A DNA stretch of 64,000 nucleotides from Promethearchaeia archaeon (GTDB lineage Archaea > Asgardarchaeota > Lokiarchaeia > Sigyniarchaeales > SOKP01), in contig JAHQWH010000155.1 of the NCBI GenBank assembly GCA_029856105.1, forward strand, positions 71,699 to 135,698, in the 5' to 3' direction. The notes below the pieces were generated by a model. The model saw only the letters and a list, made by a program, of their open reading frames with translations. It was not told the origin of the DNA and searched no databases. Below, one piece after another: positions 57,703 to 64,000 of this stretch. Position 1 is the stretch's first letter. Each line of letters starts with the position of its first letter. Position numbers and translations under genes: made by a program.

Positions 57703-60669
57703 TTGAGTTTGCAAAATTATTTATATAGGATTAGATTAAAAATAAGGTTACAATTTTTAAGACAAGTTTGGCTTAATATTAAAAGAGATCGCGCAAAAGC
57801 ATTATTCGGCATAGGAGGCATCACAGTTTCAATAATCCTTTTAACTGCAATAGGAATGGTAAACAATACGATGTCTTATAATTATATGGGATTAATTACA
57901 AGCACAACAGGAAGCTCGGACGTAATAATTTCACGAACAATGAAAACCGACTTAACTTTTGACCCTTTCTTTGATGAAACCATCATAGATGACGAATTGC
58001 AAGATATTGATGGTGTAGAAGAACTTTTTCCAAGAATAATGATGCTCGTAAAAGTCTCTTCTGATAACACAGATTCAAATGGTACCTTACAAATCTACGG
58101 TATTAACTTTAATCAAGAAGCAAATAATGGCCATATGGGAAATCTAAATTTAGTTAATCAAAATGGCACAGAAACCGGAGGGATTTATACCGGTGAGCCT
58201 GGAATGGGGGAATGTGTTATCTTATGGAGTGTAGCAGAATTACTAAATGTTAGTTTAGGGGATTTGATACATTTAGATTACCAACAATATAGTTTAGATG
58301 TCGAAGTTGTCGCAGTCTGCAAGCAAGATTTAAAATTTACAGATTTTGAAAATGCTTTAATAATAATTAATTTACAACAAGCCCAATTGTTTTTACAAAG
58401 AGAGGGAGAAATTAATTTGATTATGGGAACGCTTGAAAACCCACAGTCAATATACGATGTTAGCGATATAGATCTTACAAAAAGAAAAATAAGAGTGATA
58501 GGAACTCGAATTCAACAGAGATTGGACCCAAATATCTATTCTGTGTCAATGCCAAAATTACAAGAATTAAGTACCCAGCAATTTATGCTAATTGGGATGA
58601 CTATTATCTTCTGGTTTATTACGGGTATATCTATGCTCATTACGGCGATTTTAATAAATTCAATTCTTTCCACTTCTACTGAAGAAAGGGTAAGAGAATA
58701 TGGCATTTTAAGAGTTGTGGGAGGAAAAAAGACATTCCCCGTTAAAATGGTTGTCTTTGAAGGCGTATCAATAGGAGTTGTAGGGGCTATCTTAGGAATT
58801 ATTATAGGTGTAATATTTACGCCCCCAATTGTAGATTATTTATTCATTGCAATGAATTTTCCAATTCAAAATATGGAGTATGTAATCCAACCTTCGACAA
58901 TTATTTTAGCTTTTTCAATAGGATCCATTGTTTCTTTAGTTGTCTCGTTGTTACCAGCTTTTAAAACTGCTAAAATTGATATTATAAAATCGATTACACC
59001 TTTTCACAAAAAAGAACAAGGATGGGAAGTAAAAAAGGAAGGAAGTATGAACGTTAGGAGTTTTCTAATTGGAAGCTCTCTTGCTACAATCGGTATGCTT
59101 GTTTTTATTTTACTACCAAGCGTCTTTATAACAGGAGATTTTATGCTAATAGCTGGCTTGTTTATTGGACTTATTGCAGCCATATTACTTGGAATGGTGT
59201 TCACATCGGTGGGAATTATACCATTTATTCAGAGTGTACTTATTGGAGCAATTTCTCCATTAATTAGAAGGTATGCAAATATTATTAAAATCTCTCTAAA
59301 AAGAAATAGAAGGCGTAATACAAGCACAATTGTAATGTTTGCTATCAGTTTTTCTTTTATTTTTTTTATTACAAGTGTTACAGAAATGGAATCAAAAAAT
59401 ATGTCGTTAAATTTAAAATTTCAGTACGGTTCCGATTTGGTTTTAATTAACCAAGGTTTAGAATCTGATGTTGACGCAGTTACCTTAGATATGATCCAAG
59501 ATCTCAAGTCTATTCAAGGAATAGACCAAACAGCGTTAATATTGTACAATATGTTTGATATTACAGCTGTTATGTCAGTAATATTTGACTTCGGCGATAG
59601 TGGTCCAAGTTTTGATGAAGAATCTATTAATGAAGCGTTCTTAAACATTTTTGAGTTTTATTCTGCACAAGCAGAAACAAAAATTCAAGTAAAAGCTGCC
59701 GACATTGCTAACTTCGATGAAAGAGAAGTTGGGTTTATTGGTATTGAAGAAGATTATTATCGTTTGATGGATAAAGATCTTATGATTTGGAGTAGCCCGG
59801 AAAGTGGTTTTAATAATTCATTTAGTCAAATTTTTGATTATAATAATACCTGCATTATTGCTAATTCTCTCGCTAGCGTTCTTGGAATAAGCGAAGTTGG
59901 CGAATATATACGTTTAACATTCATCAACCCTCAAATTCCTAACGATCCAGGAAATATTACGCTTTTCCGTGTCGCAGGCATCTCAGGAGGGATGCCCGGA
60001 TTTACCAACTTTAAAAGTTCTGAAGCTACAGCAGCTGGTGGAGGTATAATGGTGTCCTTAGATAATTACATGCGTTTAATGAATGTTGAAGATCCTGGCG
60101 GTCCAAATATGATTGTGGATAAAGTCTTCATCAAATTATTAGACGATTCCGAAGAAAATATCGAAACTACAAAAGAAGAAATACAAAACTTATCCTCTGA
60201 TAAAGATTATTTTCTTGATGATGCTATATCTAAAATTAATTTTATGGAAGATATGTTTGAAAGACAAAGTAGTTTAATGGAAATAATTCTATGGTTTGCT
60301 ATAGTAATTGCTATATTTGGGCTAATCTCCACGATGTATGCAATTATTTCTGAGCGGAAGTTTGAAATCGGTATTCTGAGATCGCTTGGCATGAAAGCTA
60401 AAGACGTAAGGAACTTGTTCTTGATTGAAAGTTTCATCATAATGTTAAGTAGCGGAACTATGGGGACATTGATAGGTACTTATTGCGCTTATTTAATGGA
60501 AACGAATTTGGGATTGATGACTGAGATGCCAATTGTATTTTCAATTCCTGTGGATGTTGTAATAAGGGTTTTTACCCTTTCAATTACATTTGGGGTACTA
60601 GGGATGTACCTAGTCTTAATAAAATTAAGTAGGCAAAGTGTTATGGATATCTTCCGCCAGACATTTTGA
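57703..60669 (+). CDS. FtsX/MacB-family ABC permease (second paralog)
   Basis: EERVREYGILRVVGG and SERKFEIGILRSLGM motifs; same layout as 46005-48995. Confidence 0.92.
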   Translation: MSLQNYLYRIRLKIRLQFLRQVWLNIKRDRAKALFGIGGITVSIILLTAIGMVNNTMSYNYMGLITSTTGSSDVIISRTMKTDLTFDPFFDETIIDDELQDIDGVEELFPRIMMLVKVSSDNTDSNGTLQIYGINFNQEANNGHMGNLNLVNQNGTETGGIYTGEPGMGECVILWSVAELLNVSLGDLIHLDYQQYSLDVEVVAVCKQDLKFTDFENALIIINLQQAQLFLQREGEINLIMGTLENPQSIYDVSDIDLTKRKIRVIGTRIQQRLDPNIYSVSMPKLQELSTQQFMLIGMTIIFWFITGISMLITAILINSILSTSTEERVREYGILRVVGGKKTFPVKMVVFEGVSIGVVGAILGIIIGVIFTPPIVDYLFIAMNFPIQNMEYVIQPSTIILAFSIGSIVSLVVSLLPAFKTAKIDIIKSITPFHKKEQGWEVKKEGSMNVRSFLIGSSLATIGMLVFILLPSVFITGDFMLIAGLFIGLIAAILLGMVFTSVGIIPFIQSVLIGAISPLIRRYANIIKISLKRNRRRNTSTIVMFAISFSFIFFITSVTEMESKNMSLNLKFQYGSDLVLINQGLESDVDAVTLDMIQDLKSIQGIDQTALILYNMFDITAVMSVIFDFGDSGPSFDEESINEAFLNIFEFYSAQAETKIQVKAADIANFDEREVGFIGIEEDYYRLMDKDLMIWSSPESGFNNSFSQIFDYNNTCIIANSLASVLGISEVGEYIRLTFINPQIPNDPGNITLFRVAGISGGMPGFTNFKSSEATAAGGGIMVSLDNYMRLMNVEDPGGPNMIVDKVFIKLLDDSEENIETTKEEIQNLSSDKDYFLDDAISKINFMEDMFERQSSLMEIILWFAIVIAIFGLISTMYAIISERKFEIGILRSLGMKAKDVRNLFLIESFIIMLSSGTMGTLIGTYCAYLMETNLGLMTEMPIVFSIPVDVVIRVFTLSITFGVLGMYLVLIKLSRQSVMDIFRQTF

Positions 60670-60673
60670 CTTG

Positions 60674-61261
60674 TTATTGATTTTCTTTTAAAAATTCAAT
60701 CAATTTTTTCCAAGCCTTTCCGCGGTGCGAAATAGTATTCTTTTCTTCAGTGGTTAATTCTGCAAACGTATTTGTTGGGATTTCATTGGAAATAAAGATA
60801 GGATCAAAACCAAATCCGTTTGTACCTCTAATTCTTTCTGAGACTTTTCCTTCAACAATCCCTTCAAATAAAAATGTTTTATTCATTGGTTGAAAGTAAA
60901 GAGCGATGACTGTTTCAAAATGAGCTTTAGTATTTTTGAAACTGTCGATAAGTTTTAGAATTCCTCTGTTTCCAATTGTATTTAATACGAATTTAGAATA
61001 AACGCCAGGAAAACCGTTAAGAGGGACATCAATAAAAAAGCCAGCATCTTCAATGAAATAGGAATTGTTAAGCTTTCCTTTTACGCTGTTTAACTTAAAA
61101 AGAGCTACTTCCTTAATACTCGTCGCTTGAATTTCTGTTGTATCAATCGTATTTTGCCTTAACATATAAGATATCTTCTCTTTTTGAAACATTCTTTCAA
61201 TTTCATTAAATTTGTAACTATTACTTGTAATAAAATAAATCGTATCTTTTGCATCATCCAT
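60674..61261 (-). CDS. rdgB: Non-canonical purine NTP pyrophosphatase (RdgB/HAM1)
   Basis: TSN..K, EIQ, EDAG, GFPGVYSK, GFGFDPIF, EKN.ISHR. Confidence 0.95.
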   Translation of the reverse strand: MDDAKDTIYFITSNSYKFNEIERMFQKEKISYMLRQNTIDTTEIQATSIKEVALFKLNSVKGKLNNSYFIEDAGFFIDVPLNGFPGVYSKFVLNTIGNRGILKLIDSFKNTKAHFETVIALYFQPMNKTFLFEGIVEGKVSERIRGTNGFGFDPIFISNEIPTNTFAELTTEEKNTISHRGKAWKKLIEFLKENQ

Positions 61262-61337
61262 AATTACTATAATTTCTTAAGATTTATTTAGATATAACAA
61301 ATTAAAATAATGTTAGATTTATTACAAAAGGATTATT

Positions 61338-62642
61338 ATGATTGAAAAATATGATTATATCGTAATTGGAGCAGGGATAGCTGGTTTGCACATAGGAGCA
61401 TTATTGTCTCAGCACGGTAAAGTATTACTGTTGGAAAAAACCAAAGAAATAGGAGGTAGAGCAAGAGTTGTTGATATTAATGGTTTCAAGCTAGATTTTG
61501 GCCCCCATCCAGTAAGATTTGGTCCAAAGAGCGCTCTGGGAACTTCTTTAAATGAAATTAACAAACCAATTGATTTCGTAAAACCAGGAACAGCATGGGC
61601 GTTTTTAGACGATGGAACAAAAACGATCTTTCCTTCTGGTGGAATTATGGCAGTAATAAAAAGTAAATTAGTTCCAACGATTAAAACTTTAAAATTTATG
61701 ATTAAAATAAAAAAAATGAGTGTTGAAGATTTCGAGAAACTATACGATCTATCGTTGGTACAATGGTTTGATCAAGAAAACATTATTCCATCTCTTCAAA
61801 AATTTTTAATAATGGCAAGTTCTGCAATTCAAGTAAATCCCTTTCCAGATAGATCATCAGCGGGAGAATTATTGCATAATTTTAGTAGAGTCTTGGAATT
61901 GGGAAGTGTTTCTTACCCGAAGGGAGGTTGGACATCAATTTTTAATGCCTTTCTAAATAAAATTAAGGATAATGGTGGAGAAATTAGATTAAATGAGGAG
62001 GTGAATAAAATTATTGTTGAGAATTCAACAGCAATTGGTGTTTCCACTATGGATAAACTAATACATGGGAAAACAATAATTTCAACTATTCCTATTCAAC
62101 AATTATTTACGGTATTAGATGAGACTTTATGCGAAAAAAAAGTCGTTGAAAAATGTAAATCTCTAAGACCTACTGCTGGTGTTTCAATAGACTTTTGCTT
62201 ATCAAAACCAATTAGTGATATAAATGGTATAATCTTCTTTGATAACCCTTTAGCATTTGGTTTTATTCCATCTAATTTATCTCCAGAAGTCGCACCAAAA
62301 GGGAAATCATTAATGACATTCTTTACTGCGGCTAATTTAGAGGACATTAAGAATAAAAATACGATGAAAGAGATTCACCAAAGTTTAAGGGATGCTATTT
62401 TAAGATTCTTTCCTGATCTCGAACAATATTTATTACATGAAAGACCATTATTTTTCGAAATGGTTGATGGTGTTGAGGTAAACATAGAACAACATAAATT
62501 CAAAAGACCGGGAAATGTTATAAAAGGTATTAAAAAATTGTATATTACGGGCGATAGTGTTGGGGGTTCAGGGGCAGGAGGAGATATCGGGCATGAATCT
62601 GTCCGAAACACATATAAATCGATTAGAAATCAGAATTATTAG
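61338..62642 (+). CDS. FAD-dependent oxidoreductase, phytoene desaturase/amine oxidase family
   Basis: GAGIAG, IGGRA, DFGPH, YPKGG, LYITGD motifs. Confidence 0.85.
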   Translation: MIEKYDYIVIGAGIAGLHIGALLSQHGKVLLLEKTKEIGGRARVVDINGFKLDFGPHPVRFGPKSALGTSLNEINKPIDFVKPGTAWAFLDDGTKTIFPSGGIMAVIKSKLVPTIKTLKFMIKIKKMSVEDFEKLYDLSLVQWFDQENIIPSLQKFLIMASSAIQVNPFPDRSSAGELLHNFSRVLELGSVSYPKGGWTSIFNAFLNKIKDNGGEIRLNEEVNKIIVENSTAIGVSTMDKLIHGKTIISTIPIQQLFTVLDETLCEKKVVEKCKSLRPTAGVSIDFCLSKPISDINGIIFFDNPLAFGFIPSNLSPEVAPKGKSLMTFFTAANLEDIKNKNTMKEIHQSLRDAILRFFPDLEQYLLHERPLFFEMVDGVEVNIEQHKFKRPGNVIKGIKKLYITGDSVGGSGAGGDIGHESVRNTYKSIRNQNY

Positions 62643-62784
62643 CTAAATACAAGAAAAAAATAAATTTCTTTAGCTTCTGTGGTTTGAATTTGCTAAATTC
62701 AAAAATTTTAATTTAAATGATTCTTTTTTTATTTTATCAACAATACTATATGTATTAATTATTTTATAAACTGAGACGCAAAAA

Positions 62785-63243
62785 ATGGCTCGAATGCACT
62801 CAAGAAAGAAGGGTAAGTCCGGTAGTACTCGACCAGCAAGATTGGAGAAGCCCGTATGGGTAGAACTCTCTTCTGAAGAAGTTGAAAACGAAGTTGTTAA
62901 ACTAGCTAAGAAAGGGTTTTCTCAATCGTTAATAGGCGTGAAATTAAGGGATAGTCATGGTGTTCCATTAGTAAAAGTAGTTACTGGTAAATCCATTAAT
63001 CAAATTTTTAAAGAACATGATATTGAAGCGCCACTTCCAGAGGATCTAACTAATTTAGTTAAAAAAGCGCTCAATCTTCGAAAACACTTAGAAACAAACC
63101 ATAAGGATATTGATTCACGCAAAGGGCTCCAAAGGACAGAAAGTAAGATATATCGCTTGATTAAGTATTATAAATCGAAAAAAGTATTGGAAGCAGATTT
63201 CAAATACGACCCAGAGAAAATCAGAACAATCGTTATGAGGTAA
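62785..63243 (+). CDS. rps15: 30S ribosomal protein uS15 (archaeal S15P/S13e type)
   Basis: MARMHSRKKGKSGSTRP, LRDSHGVP, LPEDL, ESKIYRLIKYYK. Confidence 0.98.
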   Translation: MARMHSRKKGKSGSTRPARLEKPVWVELSSEEVENEVVKLAKKGFSQSLIGVKLRDSHGVPLVKVVTGKSINQIFKEHDIEAPLPEDLTNLVKKALNLRKHLETNHKDIDSRKGLQRTESKIYRLIKYYKSKKVLEADFKYDPEKIRTIVMR

Positions 63244-63252
63244 ATGTAAGTT

Positions 63253-64000
63253 ATGAGTCAAAAAGTTAGGAAAAAGAAAGCTAAACTAAGGAAAGTATTA
63301 TTTAAAGATAAATCTTGGTTTCAAATTATAGCTCCAAAGAGTTTCGACTTTAAACCCATAGGAGAAATTATTGGGATGGAGAACAATTTGATCGGAAGAA
63401 CGATCGAAACTTTATTATACGATTTCACAAATAGTTATAACGATATTAGTTTAAAATTAAAATTTAAAGTAGTTAATGTTAATCTTGAATCAGGTCAAGC
63501 GCAATCTATATTTTTGGGTCATTGTTACACTAATGACTATGTAAGATCATTAATTGGAAGAGGGAGTTCTAAAATCCAAACAATAATGAATTTAACAACT
63601 AAGGACAACTATGTCTTCCGATTGACCATAATATGTACGACAATACAAAGGGCTCGCAGTTCACAACAGATTGTAATTCGGAAAATAATAAGGGAAATTT
63701 TAAAAGAATTTGCTCAATCGCTTAATCACGAGAAGTTTATAACAGGTATGATTTATTCTGAATTCTCTAATCAGATTAAACGAATAGCTAAAACAATATA
63801 TCCCCTTTCAAGTTCTAAAGTAATCAAGAGTAAGCTAGTTAGTGTTCCTGAGGGAGGAGAAGACAAAATTTACATCGCAAAAGACGAAGAATTTGAAGTT
63901 GTTGAAGTCGAAGTAAAGAGATCTCGAAAAAGCGACATAAAAAGAACTGAAAGAATTAATGTTAAGAAGTTTACTCGTTCGAAAAACACCAGACAAAAGA
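63253..64000 (+). CDS. rps3ae: 30S ribosomal protein eS1 (S3Ae), runs off window end
   Basis: Hand translation: KDKSWFQIIAPKSF, LIGRTIETLLYDFT, DYVRSLI, TTKD, Q...IRKI, AKTIYPL; no stop before 64000. Confidence 0.93.
   Translation, partial: MSQKVRKKKAKLRKVLFKDKSWFQIIAPKSFDFKPIGEIIGMENNLIGRTIETLLYDFTNSYNDISLKLKFKVVNVNLESGQAQSIFLGHCYTNDYVRSLIGRGSSKIQTIMNLTTKDNYVFRLTIICTTIQRARSSQQIVIRKIIREILKEFAQSLNHEKFITGMIYSEFSNQIKRIAKTIYPLSSSKVIKSKLVSVPEGGEDKIYIAKDEEFEVVEVEVKRSRKSDIKRTERINVKKFTRSKNTRQK

Noticed and set aside
2521-62611. Many 60-127 aa ORFs in the track overlapping long genes (e.g. 2521-2811, 9270-9614, 18699-19082, 28114-28482, 32329-32697, 43599-43982)
   Set aside because: Antisense or alternate-frame shadows of well-supported genes, with no recognisable motifs.

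Overview
AT-rich archaeal chromosomal segment, most consistent with an Asgard (Lokiarchaeia-like) genome. The basis for that inference is an archaeal uS15-eS1 pair, a TFS/RpoM-type zinc ribbon, a gelsolin-domain protein, and expanded acyl-CoA and alpha/beta-hydrolase families. No rRNA, tRNA, CRISPR array or transposase is visible. Left third: amino-acid/acyl-CoA catabolism (etfA end, SDR, iorBA, ADP-forming acyl-CoA synthetase, crotonase, UbiA family, two CCG/Fe-S proteins), a MoxR-type AAA+/vWA pair and five alpha/beta hydrolases. The most striking unexplained locus is at 27.2-31.0 kb: a 988-aa tandem winged-helix + TPR protein transcribed divergently from three small ORFs (95, 24 and 25 aa; the last two are missing from the ORF track) that all end in G-x5-L-x-F-stop. 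Three alternating copies of the 8-mer CGAACTTC lie between the two TATA boxes, and an orphan oligopeptide permease and an HExxH peptidase flank the locus. It is a candidate archaeal peptide/TPR-regulator system, RRNPP-like in architecture (inference only). Other notable items: a gelsolin domain fused to two HeH/SAP-like repeats; a GNAT/ThiF/stand-alone 7TM cluster; a five-gene MacB/FtsX-type ABC operon enclosing a large surface protein and a membrane-anchored S8 protease with a cytoplasmic Zn domain; a 23-aa motif shared by two unrelated ATPases; several apparent non-canonical start codons (CTG, ATA/ATT); and an MFS gene broken by a premature stop. All product calls are from motif recognition by eye; no database searches were run.
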